A DNA stretch of 64,000 nucleotides from the human T2T-CHM13v2.0 reference genome, Homo sapiens, in the NCBI RefSeq assembly GCF_009914755.1, contig NC_060944.1. The stretch is one strand, 5' to 3'. The number at the start of each line of letters is the position of its first letter. Position 1 is the first letter of the stretch. The position numbers and the translations under genes are program-made. The notes under the pieces are model-generated. The model was not told the DNA's origin. It worked only from the letters and a program-made list of their open reading frames with translations, and searched no databases. Below, one piece after another: positions 1 to 12,447 of this stretch.

Positions 1-241
1 ATCAAAGCAAGTGGAATGGAAAGGATTGGTACAGAATAGAATGGAAAGGAATGGAATGGAAACATCAAGACTGGAATGTAATGCAATAGATTGGAATCGA
101 TTGGAATGGAATCCACCCGAGTGCAATGAAATGGAATGGAATGGAATGAAAAAACACGAGTGGAATGGAATGGAAAGGAATGGAACGGAATGGAATGGAA
201 TGGAATGGAATAGATTGGAATGGAATGGAAACGAATGGAAT

Positions 242-600
242 CAACCTGAGTGGAATGGAATGGATTGGAATGGAATGGAATGGAATGAACCCGATTGTAA
301 TGGAATGGAATGGAATGGAATGGAATGGAATGGAATGGATTGGATTCAACCCGAGGGGAATGGAATGGAATGGAGTGGAATGGAATGGAATGGAATAGAC
401 TGGATTGGAATGGAATGGAATCGAATGGAATCAACCTGAGTGGAATGGAATGGATTGGAATGGAATGGAATGGAATGAACCCGATTGAAATGGAATGGAA
501 TGGAATGGAATGCAATGGAATGGAATGGAATGGAATGGATTGGATTCAACCCGAGGGGAATGGAATGGAATGGAGTGGAATGGAATGGAATGGAATGGAA
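242..600 (+). repeat. Local tandem duplication of a ~185-190 bp module (CAACCTGAGT...GAACCCGATT...GGATTCAACCCGAGGGG)
   Basis: The module is present twice here and at ~2590-2930, ~7409-7790 and ~30230-30600. It is single in the monomers at 5204, 10203 and 18674. Confidence 0.8.
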
Positions 601-2355
601 TGTTATCAAATTGTGTGGAATGGAACAGAATGGAATGGAATTGACTGGAATCAAACCGAGTAGAATGTAAAGGAATGGAATGGAACTTTATTAAACCGAT
701 TGTAATGGAATGGAATGTAACGGATTGTAATCGAATGGAATGGAATGGAATGGAATCAAAGCGAGTGGAATGCAATGGAATGGTTTGGAATGGAATGGAA
801 TGGAATTGAATGGAATTACCCCGAGTGAAATGGCATGGAAAGGAACGGAATACAATTTAATGGAATGGAATGGAATCAACCCGAGTGGAATGGAATGGAA
901 TGGAATGGAATACAATGCAATGGAATGGAACCAATAAGAGTGGAATGGATTGGAATGGAATGGAGTGGAATGAAACGGAATGGAATCAACCAGAGTGGAA
1001 TGGAATGGAATGGAAAGGAATGGAATGGAATGTAGTGAAATTGAAACAATCCGCGTGGAATGGAATAGAATGGAATGGAAACAAACTGAGTGGAATGGAA
1101 TGGAATGGAATGGAATGGAATGGAATGGAATGGAATCAACTCGAATGGAATTGAATGGAATGGATTGGAATGGAAACAAACCATTTGGAATGGAATGGAA
1201 TAGATTGGAATGGAATGGAACGGAATGGAAACAAACCGTTTGGATTGGAATGGAATGGATTGGAATGGAATGGAATGGATTGGAATGGAATGGAATGGAA
1301 TGGAATCAACCTGAGTGGAATGGAATGGATTGGAATGGAATGAAATGGAATGGAATGGAATGAAATGAACCCGATTGGAATGGGATGGAATGGAATGGAA
1401 TGTAATGGAAAGGAATGGAATGGAATGGAATCAACCCGAATGGAATTGAATGGAATGGATTGGAATGGAGACAAACCGTTTGGAATGGAATGGAATGGAT
1501 TGGAATGGAATGGAATGGATTGGAATGGAATGGAATGGAATGGAATGGAAACAAACCGTTTGGAATGGAATGGAATGGATTGGAATGTAATGGAATGGAT
1601 TGGAATGGAATGGAATGGAATGGAATGGAATCAACCTGAGAGGAATGGAATGGATAGGAATGGAATGAAAAGGAATGGAATGGAATGAAAAGAACCCGAT
1701 TGGAATGGGATGGAATGGAATGGAATGGAATGGAAAGGAATGGAATGGCATGGAATCAACCGGACTGCAATGGAATGGAATGGAATGGATGCAATGGAAT
1801 CAACCTGAGTGGAATGGAATGGAGTGGAATGGAAAGGAATCAAACCAAGTGGAATGGAAAGGAATCGAATTGAATGCAATGGAATGGAATCATCCCAAGT
1901 GGAAAGGAATGGAATGGAATGGATTCGAATGGAATGGAATGGAATGCAGTCAACCCGAGTGGAATGGTATGGAATCTCATGGAATGGAATGCAATCAACC
2001 CAACTGGAATTGAATGTAAAGGAATGTAATGTAATGGAATGGAATCACCACGAATGGAATGGAATGGAATGGAATGGAATGGAATGGAATGGAATGGAAT
2101 GAAATGTAATCATACTGTGTGGAACAGAATGGAATGGAATGGAATGGAATGGAATGGAATGGAATGGAATGGAAGGGAATGGATTGGAATGGAATGAAAC
2201 GGAATGGAGTCAACCCGAATGGAATGGAATGGAATGGTATCAAACCGACTGGAATGGAATGGAAAGGAATGGAATGCAATGGAATGGATTGGAATGGAAT
2301 CAACATGAGTGGAAGGGAAAGGAATTGAATGTAATGAAGTAGAATGGAATGGAAT

Positions 2356-5300
2356 CAAAGCAAGTGGAATGGAAAGGATTGGTATAGAATAGAATGGAAA
2401 GGAATGGAATGGAAACATCAAGACTGGAATGTAATGCAATAGATTGGAATCGATTCGAATGGAATCCACCCGAGTGCAATGAAATGGAATGGAATGGAAT
2501 GAAAAAACACGAGTGGAATGGAATGGTAAGGAATGGAATGGAATGGAATGGAATGGAATAGATTGGAATGGAATGGAAACGAATGGAATCAACCTGAGTG
2601 GAATGGAATGGATTGGAATGGAATGGAATGGAATGAACCCGATTGTAATGGAATGGAATGGAATGGAATGGAATGCAATGGATTGGATTCAACCCGAGGG
2701 GAATGGAATGGAATGGAGTGGAATGGAATGGAATGGAATAGACTGGATTGGAATGGAATGGAATCGAATGGAATCAACCTGAGTGGAATGGAATGGATTG
2801 GAATGGAATGGAATGGAATGAACCCGATTGAAATGGAATGGAATGGAATGGAATGGAATGGAATGGATTGGATTCAACCCGAGGGGAATGGAATGGAATG
2901 GAGTGGAATGGAATGGAATGGAATGGAATGGAAGGTTATCAAATTGTGTGGAATGGAACAGAATGGAATGGAATTGACTGGAATCAAACCGAGTAGAATG
3001 TAAAGGAATGGAATGGAACTTTATTAAACCGATTGTAATGGAATGGAATGTAACGGATTGTAATCGAATGGAATGGAATGGAATGGAATCAAACGGAGTG
3101 GAATGCATTGGAATGGTTTGGAATGGAATGGAATGGAAATGAATGGAATTACCCCGAGTGAAATGGCATGGAAAGGAACGGAATACAATTTAATGGAATG
3201 GAATGGAATCAACCCGAGTGGAATGGAATGGAATGGAATGGAATACAATGCAATGGAATGGAACCAATAAGAGTGGAATGGATTGGAATGGAATGGAGTG
3301 GAATGAAAAGGAATGGAATCCACCAGAGTGGAATGGAATGGAATGGAAAGGAATGGAATGGAATGAAGTGAAATTGTAACAATCCACGTGGAATGGAATA
3401 GAATGGAATGGAAACAGACTGAGTGGAATGGAATGGAATGGAATGGAATGGAATGGAATGGAATCAACTCGAATGGAATTTAATGGAATGGATTGGAATG
3501 GAAACAGACCGTTTGGAATGGAATGGAATGGATTGGAATGGAATGGAATGGATTGGAATGGAATGGAACGGAATGGAAACAAACCATTTGGATTGGAATG
3601 GAATGGATTGGAATGGAATGGAATGGATTGGAATGGAAAGGAATGGAATGGAATCAACCTGAGTGGAATGGAATGGATTGGAATGGAATGAAATGGAATG
3701 GAATGGAATGAAATGAACCCGATTGGAATGGGATGGAATGGAATGGAATGGAATGGAAAGGAATGGAATGGAATGGAATCAACCCGAATGGAATTGAATG
3801 GAATGGATTGGAATGGAGACAAACCGTTTGGAATGGAATGGAATGGATTGGAATGGAATGGAATGGATTGGAATGGAATGGAATGGAATGGAAACAAACC
3901 GTTTGGAATGGAATGTAATGGATTGGAATGTAATGGAATGGATTGGAATGTAATGGAATAGAATGGAATCAACCTGAGAGGAATGGAATGGATTGGAATG
4001 GAATGAAATGGAATGGAATGGAATGAAATGAACCCGATTGGAATGGGATGGAATGGAATGGAAAGGAATGGAATGGCTTGGAATCAACCGGACTGCAATG
4101 GAATGGAATGGAATGGAATGGAATGGAATGGAATGGAATGGATGCAATGGAATCAACCTGAGTGGAATGGAATGGAGTGGAATGGAAAGGAATCAAACCA
4201 AGTGGAATGGAAAGGAATCGAATGGAATGCAATGGAATGGAATCAACCCAAGTGGAAAGGAATGGAATGGAATGGATTCGAATGGAATGGAATGGAATGC
4301 AGTCAAACCGAGTGGAATGGTATGGAATCTCATGGAATGGAATGCAATCAACCCAACTGGAATTGAATGCAAAGGAATGTAATGGAATGGAATGGAATCA
4401 ACACGAGTGGAATGCAATGTAATGTAATGGAATGGAATGGAATGGAATGGAATGAAATGTAATCATACTGTGTGGAACGGAATGGAATGGACTGGAATGG
4501 AATCAATCCGACTGGTATTGAAAGGAATATGTTGGAATAGAATGGAATGGATTGGAATGGAATGCAATGGAATGGAATGGAATGGAATGGAATGGAATGG
4601 AATGGAATGGAATGGAATCAACCTGATTGGAATGGAATGGAATGGAATTGATAGGAATCAAACCAAGTGGAATGGAAAGGAATCGAATGGAATGCAATTT
4701 AATGGAATCAACCCAAGTGGAAAGGAATGGAATGGAATGGATTCGAATGGAATGGAATGGAATGCAGTCAACCCGAGTGGAATGGTGTGGAATCTCATGG
4801 AATGGAATGCAATCAACCCAACTGGAAGTGAATGCAAAGGAATGGAATGGAATGGAATGGAATGGAATCAACACGAGTGGAATGCAATGGAATGGAATGG
4901 AATGGAATGGAATGGAATGACAGGTAATCATACTGTGTGGAACGGAATGGAATGGAATGGAATGGAGTCAACCCGAGTGGAATGGAATGGAATGGAATGG
5001 AATGGAATGAAATGGAATGGAATGGAATGGATTGGAATGGAATGAAATGGAATGGAGTCAACCCGAATGGAATGGAATGGAAAGGTATTAACCCGACTGG
5101 AATGGAATGGAAAGGAATGGAAAGGAATGGAATGGATTGGAATGGAATCAACATGAGTGGAAGGGAAAGGAATTGAATGTAATGAAGTAGAATGGAATGG
5201 AATCAAAGCAAGTGGAATGGATAGGATTGGTATAAAATAGAATGGAAAGGAATGGAATGGAAACATCAAGACTGGAATGTAATGCAATAGATTGGAATCG

Positions 5301-8300
5301 ATTGGAATGGAATCCACCCGAGTGCAATGAAATGGAATGGAATGGCATGGAATCAACACGAATGGAATGGAATGGAATGGAATGGAATGGAAAGGAATGG
5401 AATGGAATGGATTGGAATGGAATGGAATGGAATGAAATCAACCTGAGTGGAATGGAATGGATTGGAATGGAATGGAATGGAATGAACCCGATTGAAATGG
5501 GAATGGAATGGAATGGAATGGAATGGAATGGAATGGAATGGAATGGAATGGAATGGAATGGAATGGAATGGAATGGAATGGATTGGATTCAACCCGAGGG
5601 GAATGGAATGGAATGGAGTGGAATGGAATGGAATGGAATGGAATGTTATCAAATTGTGTGGAATGGAACAGAATGGAATGGAATTGACTGGAATCAAACC
5701 GAGTAGAAAGTAAAGGAATGGAATGGAACGTTATTAAACCGAGTGTAATGGAATGGAATGTAACGGATTGTAATCGAATGGAATGGAATGGAATGGAATC
5801 AAACCGAGTGGAATGCAATGGAATGGTTTGGAATGGAATGGAATGGAATTGAATGGAATTACCCCGAGTGAAATGGCATGGAAAGGAACGGAATACAATT
5901 TAATGGAATGGAATGGAATCAACCCGAGTGGAATGGAATGGAATGGAATGGAATACAATGCAATGGAATGGAACAAATAAGAGTGGAATGGATTGGAATG
6001 GAATGGAGTGGAATGAAACGGAATGGAATCAACCAGAGTGGAATGGAATGGAATGGAAAGGAATGGAATGGAATGAAATGAAATTGAAACAATCCGCGTG
6101 TAATGGAATAGAATGGAATGGAAACAAACTGAGTGGAATGGAATGGAATGGAATGGAATGGAATGGAATGGAATGGAATGGAATCAACCCGAATGGAATT
6201 GAATGGAATGGATTGGCATGGAAACAAACCGTTTGGAATGGAATGGAATGAATTGGAATGGAATGGAATGGATTGGAATGGAATTGAATGGAATGGAAAA
6301 AAACCGTTTGGAATGGAATGGAATGGATTGGAATGGAATGGAATGGATTGGAATAGATTGGAATGGAATGGAATCAACCTGAGTGGAATGGAATGGATTG
6401 GAATGGAATGGAATGGAATGGAATGGAATGGAATGAAATGAACCCGATTGGAATGGGATGGAATGGAATGGAATGGAATGGAAAGGAATGGAATGGCATG
6501 GAATCCACTGGACTGCAATGGAATGGAATGGAATGGAATGCAATGGAATGGAATGAAATGGAATGGATGGAATGGAATCAAACTGAGTTGAATGGAATGG
6601 AATGGAATGGAAAGGAATCAAACCAAGTGGAATGGAAAGGAATCGAATGGAATGCAATGGAATGGAATCAACCCAAGTGGAAAGGAATGGAATGGAATGG
6701 ATTCGAATGGAATGGAATGGAATGCAGTCAACCCGAGTGGAATGGTATGGAATCTCATGGAATGGAATGCAATCAACCCAACTAGAATTGAATGCAAAGG
6801 AATGGAATGGAATGGAATGGAATCAACACGAGTGGAATGCAATGGAATGGAATGGAATGGAATGGAATGGAATGGAATGAAATGTAATCATACTGTGTGG
6901 AACGGAATGGAATGGAATGGAATGGAGTCAACCCGAGAGGAATGGAATGGAATGGAATGGAATGGAATGGAATGGAATGGAATGGAATTGATTGGAATGG
7001 AATGAAACGGAATGGAGTCAACCCGAATGGAATGGAATGGAAAGGTATCAAACCGAATGGAATGGAATGGAAAGGAATGAAATGCAATGGAATGGATTGG
7101 AATGGAACCAACATGAGTGGAAGGGAAAGGAATTGAATGTAATGAAGTAGAATGGAATGGAATCAAAGCAAGTGGAATGGAAAGGATTGGTATAGAATAG
7201 AAAGGAAAGGAATGGAATGGAAAAATCAAGACTGGAATGTAATGCAATAGATTGGAATCGATTGGAATGGAATCCACCCGAGTGCAATGAAATGGAATGG
7301 AATGGAATGGAATGGAAACAACACGAGTGGAATGGAATGGAAAGGAATGGAACGGAATGGAATGGAATGGAATGGAATAGATTGGAATGGAATGGAAACG
7401 AATGGAATCAACCTGAGTGGAATGGAATGGATTAGAATGGAATGGAATGGAATGGAATGAACCCGATTGTAATGGAATGGAATGGAATGGAATGGAATGG
7501 AATGGATTGGATTCAACCCGAGGGGAATGGAATGGAATGGAGTGGAATGGAATGGAATGGAATAGAATGGATTGGAATGGAATAGAATAAAATGGAATCA
7601 ACCTGAGTGGAATGGAATGGATTGGAATGGAATGGAATGGAATGAACCCGATTGTAATGGAATGGAATGGAATGGAATGGAATGGAATGGAATGGAATGG
7701 AATGGAATGGAATGGAATGGAATGGATTGGATTCAACCCGAGGGGATTGGAATGGAATGGAGTGGAATGGAATGGAATGGAATGGAATGGAATGGAATGT
7801 TATTAAATTGTGTGGAATGGAACAGAATGGAATGGAATTGACTGGAATCAAACCGAGTAGAATGTAAAGGAATGGAATGGAACTTTATTAAACCGATTGT
7901 AATGGAATGGAATGTAACGGATTGTAATCGAATGGAATGGAATGGAATGGAATCAAACCGAGTGGAATGCAATGGAATGGTTTGGAATGGAATGGAATGG
8001 AATTGAATGGAATTACCCCGAGTGAAATGGCATGGAAAGGAACGGAATACAATTTAATGGAATGGAATGGAATCAACCCGAGTGGAATGGAATGGAATGG
8101 AATGGAATACAATGCAATGGAATGGAACCAATAATAGTGGAATGGATTGGAATGGAATGGAGTGGAATGAAACGGAATGGAATCAACCAGAGTGGAATGG
8201 AATGGAATGGAAAGGAATGGAATGGAATGAAGTGAAACTGTAACAATCCACGTGGAATGGAATAGAATGGAATGGAAAGGAATGGAATGGAATGAAGTGA

Positions 8301-11300
8301 AATTGTAACAATCCACGTGGAATGGAATAGAATGGAATGGAAACAAACTGAGTGGAATGGAATGGAATGGAATGGAATGGAATGGAATGCAATGGAATCA
8401 ACTCGAATGGAATTTAATGGAATGGATTGGAATGGAAACAAACCGTTTGGAATGGAATGGAATGGATTGGAATGGAATGGAATGGATTGGAATGGAATGG
8501 AACGGAATGGAAACAAACCGTTTGGATTGGAATGGAATGGATTGGAATGGAATGGAATGGATTGGAATGGAATGGAATGGAATGGAATCAACCTGAGTGG
8601 AATGGAATGGATTGGAATGGAATGAAATGGAATGGAATGGAATGAAATGAACCCGATTGGAATGGGATGGAATGGAATGGAATGGAATGGAATGGAATGG
8701 AATGGAATGGAATGGAATCAACCCGAATGGAATTGAATGGAATGGATTGGAATGGAGACAAACCGTTTGGAATGGTATGGAATGGATTGGAATGGAATGG
8801 AATGGATTGGAATGAAATGGAATGGAATGGAAACAAACCGTTTGGAATGGAATGGAATGGATTGGAATGTAATGGAATGGATTGTAATGTAATGGAATAG
8901 AATGGAATCAACCTGAGAGGAATGGAATGGATTGGAATGGAATGAAATGGAATGGAATGGAATGAAATGAACCCGATTGGAATGGGATGGAATGGAATGG
9001 AATGGAATGGAAAGGAATGGAATGGCATGGAATCAACCGGACTGCAATGGAATGGAATGGAATGGAATGGAATGGAATGGAATGGAATGGAATGGATTCA
9101 ATGGAATCAACCTGAGTGGAATGGAATGGAGTGGAATGGAAAGGAATCAAACCAAGTGGAATGGAAAGGAATCGAATGCAATGCAATGGAATGGAATCAA
9201 CCCAAGAGGAAAGGAATGGAATGGAATGGATTCGAATGGCATGGAATGGAATGCAGTCAAACCGAGTGGAATGGTATGGAATCTCATGGAATGGAATGCA
9301 ATCAACCGAACTGGAATTGAATGCAAAGGAATGTAATGGAATGGAATGGAATCAACACGAGTGGAATGCAATGGAATGGAATGGAATGGAATGGAATGGA
9401 ATGGAATGGAATGGAATGGAATGAAATGTAATCATACTGTGTGGAACGGAATGAAATGGACTGGAATGGAATCAATCCGACTGGTATTGAAAGGAATATT
9501 TTGGAATAGAATGGAATGGATTGGAATGGAATGCAATGGAATGGAATGGAATGGAATGGAATGCAATGGAATGGAATGGAATGCAATGGAATGGAATGGA
9601 ATGGAATCAACCTGAGTGGAATGGAATGGAATGGAATGGATAGGAATCAAACCAAGTGGAATGGAAAGGAATCGAATGGAATGCAATTTAATGGAATCAA
9701 CCCAAGTGGAAAGGAATGGAATGGAATGGATTCGAATGGAATGGAATGGAATGCAGTCAAGCCGAGTGGAATGGTGTGGAATCTCCTGGAATGGAATGCA
9801 ATCAACCCAACTGGAAGTGAATGCAAAGGAATGGAATGGAATGGAATGGAATGGAATCAACAGGAGTGGAATGCAATGGAATGGAATGGAATGGAATGGA
9901 ATGGAATGACAGGTAATCATACTGTGTGGAACGGAATGGAATGGAATGGAATGGAGTCAACCCGAGTGGAATGGAATGGAATGGAATGGAATGAAATGGA
10001 ATGGAATGGAATGGAATGGAATGGATTGGAATGGAATGAAATGGAATGGAGTCAACCCGAATGGAATGGAATGGAATGGAAAGGTATCAACCCGACTGGA
10101 ATGGAATGGAAAGGAATGGAAAGGAGTGGAATGGGTTGGAATGGAATCAACATAAGTGGAAGGGAAAGGAATTGAATGTAATGAAGTAGAATGGAATGGA
10201 ATCAAAGCAAGTTGAATGGAAAGGATTGGTATAGAATAGAATGGAAAGGAATGGAATGGAAACATCAAGACTGGAATGTAATGCAATAGATTGGAATCGA
10301 TTGGAATGGAATCCACCCGAGTGCAATGAAATGGAATGGAATGGCATGGAATCAACACGAATGGAATGGAATGGAATGGAATGGAATGGAATGGAATGGA
10401 ATGAATTGGAATGGAATGGAATCGAATGGAATCAACCTGAGTGGAATGGAATGGATTGGAATGGAATGGAATGGAATGAACCCGATTGTAATGGAATGGA
10501 ATGGAATGGAATGGAATGGAATGGAATGGAATGGAATGAAATGGATTGGATTCAACCCGAGGGGAATGGAATGGAATGGAGTGGAATGGAATGGAATGGA
10601 ATGGAATGGAATGGAATGTTATCAAATTGTGTGGAATGGAACAGAATGGAATGGAATTGACTGGAATCAAACCGAGTAGAATGTAAAGGAATGGAATGGA
10701 AAGTTATTAAACCGAGTGTAATGGAATGGAATGTAACGGATTGTAATCGAATGGAATGGAATGGAATGGAATCAAACCGAGTGGAATGCAATGGAATGGT
10801 TTGGAATGCAATGGAATGGAATTGAATGGAATTACCCCGAGTGAAATGGCATGGAAAGGAACGGAATACAATTTAATGGAATGGAATGGAATCAACCCGA
10901 GTGGAATGGAATGGAATGGAATGGAATACAATGCAATGGAATGGAACAAATAAGAGTGGAATGGATTGGAATGGAATGGAGTGGAATGAAACGGAATGCA
11001 ATCAACCAGAGTGGAATTGAATGGAATGGAAAGGAATGGAATGGAATGAAATGAAATTGAAACAATCCGCGTGTAATGGAATAGAATGGAATGGAAAGAA
11101 AACTGAGTGGAATGGAATGGAATGGAATGGAATGGAATGGAATGGAATGGAATCAACCCGAATGGAATTGAATGGAATGGATTGGCATGGAAACAAACCG
11201 TTTGGAATGGAATGGAATGGATTGGAATGGAATGGAATGGATTGGAATGGAATGGAATGGAATGGAAAGAAACCGTTTGGAATGGAATGGAATGGATTGG

Positions 11301-12447
11301 AATGGAATGGAATGGATTGGAATAGAATGGAATGGAATCTAATCAACCTGAGTGGAATGGAATGGACTGGAATGGAATGGAATGGAATGGAATGGAATGG
11401 AATGAAATGAACCCGATTGGAATGGGATGGAATGGAATGGAATGGAATGGAATGGAATGGAAATGAATGGAATAGCATGGAATCAACCGGACTGCAATGG
11501 AATGGAATGGAATGGAATTGAATGGAATGGATGGAATGGAATCAACCTGAGTTGAATGGAATGGAATGGAATGGAAAGGAATCAAACCAAGTGGAATGGA
11601 AAGGAATCGAATGGAATGCAATGGAATGGAATCAACCCAAGTGGAAAGGAATGGAATGGAATGGATTCGAATGGAATGGTATGGAATGCAGTCAACCCGA
11701 GAGGAATGGTATGGAATCTCATGGAATGGAATGCAATCAAATCAACAGGAATTGAATGCAAAGGAATGTAATGGAATGGAATGGAATCAACACGAGTGGA
11801 ATGCAATGGAATGGAATGGAATGGAATGGAATGGAATGGAATGGAATGGAATGGAATGGAATCAACCTGAGCGGAATGGAATGGAATGGAAAGGAATCAA
11901 ACCAAGTGGAATGGAAAGGAATCGCATGGAATGCAATGGAATGGAATCAACCCAAGTGGAAAGGAATGGAATGGAATGGACTCGAATGGAATGGAATGGA
12001 ATGCAGTCAACCCGAGTGGAATGGTATGGAATCTCATGGAATGGAATGCAATCAACCCAACTGGAATTGAATGCAAAGGAATGGAATGGAATGGAATGGA
12101 ATCAACACGAGTGGAATGCAATGGAATGGAATGGAATGGAATGGAATGGAATGGAATGGAATGAAATGTAATCATACTGTGTGAAACGGAATGGAATGGA
12201 ATGGAATGGAGTCAACCCGAGAGGAATGGAATGGAATGGAATGGAATGGAATGGAATGGAATGGAATGGAATGGATTGGAATGGAATGAAACGGAATGGA
12301 GTCAACCCGAATGGAATGGAATGGAAAGGTATCAAACCGACTGGAATGGAAAGGAAAGGAATGAAATGCAATGGAATGGATTGGAATGGAACCAACATGA
12401 GTGGAAGGGAAAGGAATTGATTGTAATGAAGTAGAATGGAATGGAAT
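2356..12447 (+). repeat. Older ~5 kb two-monomer duplication (2356-7163 and 7164-12447)
   Basis: Shared rare variants at ~4.97-4.99 kb offset: GACAGGTAATCATAC (c at 4921/9910), AACAAATAAG (~5972/~10945), CCGCGTGTAAT (~6094/~11067), GATTGGCATGG (~6211/~11180). The copies differ by many substitutions and module duplications. Confidence 0.8.
8229..8345 (+). repeat. 65 bp tandem duplication containing TAACAATCCACGTGG
   Basis: CACGTG at 8249 and 8314. The same duplication is present at ~31040-31155 in super-unit copy 2. Confidence 0.85.

Noticed and set aside
350-362. G-quadruplex at CCGAGGGG
   Set aside because: It is an isolated G-run with no cluster of four G3+ tracts.
1915-1935. Canonical heat shock element at GGATTCGAATGG
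   Set aside because: TTC and GAA are adjacent rather than in the nTTCnnGAAn inverted spacing, and the GAA units in the array are direct repeats. HSF1 binding to Sat III is known but cannot be assigned from this motif.
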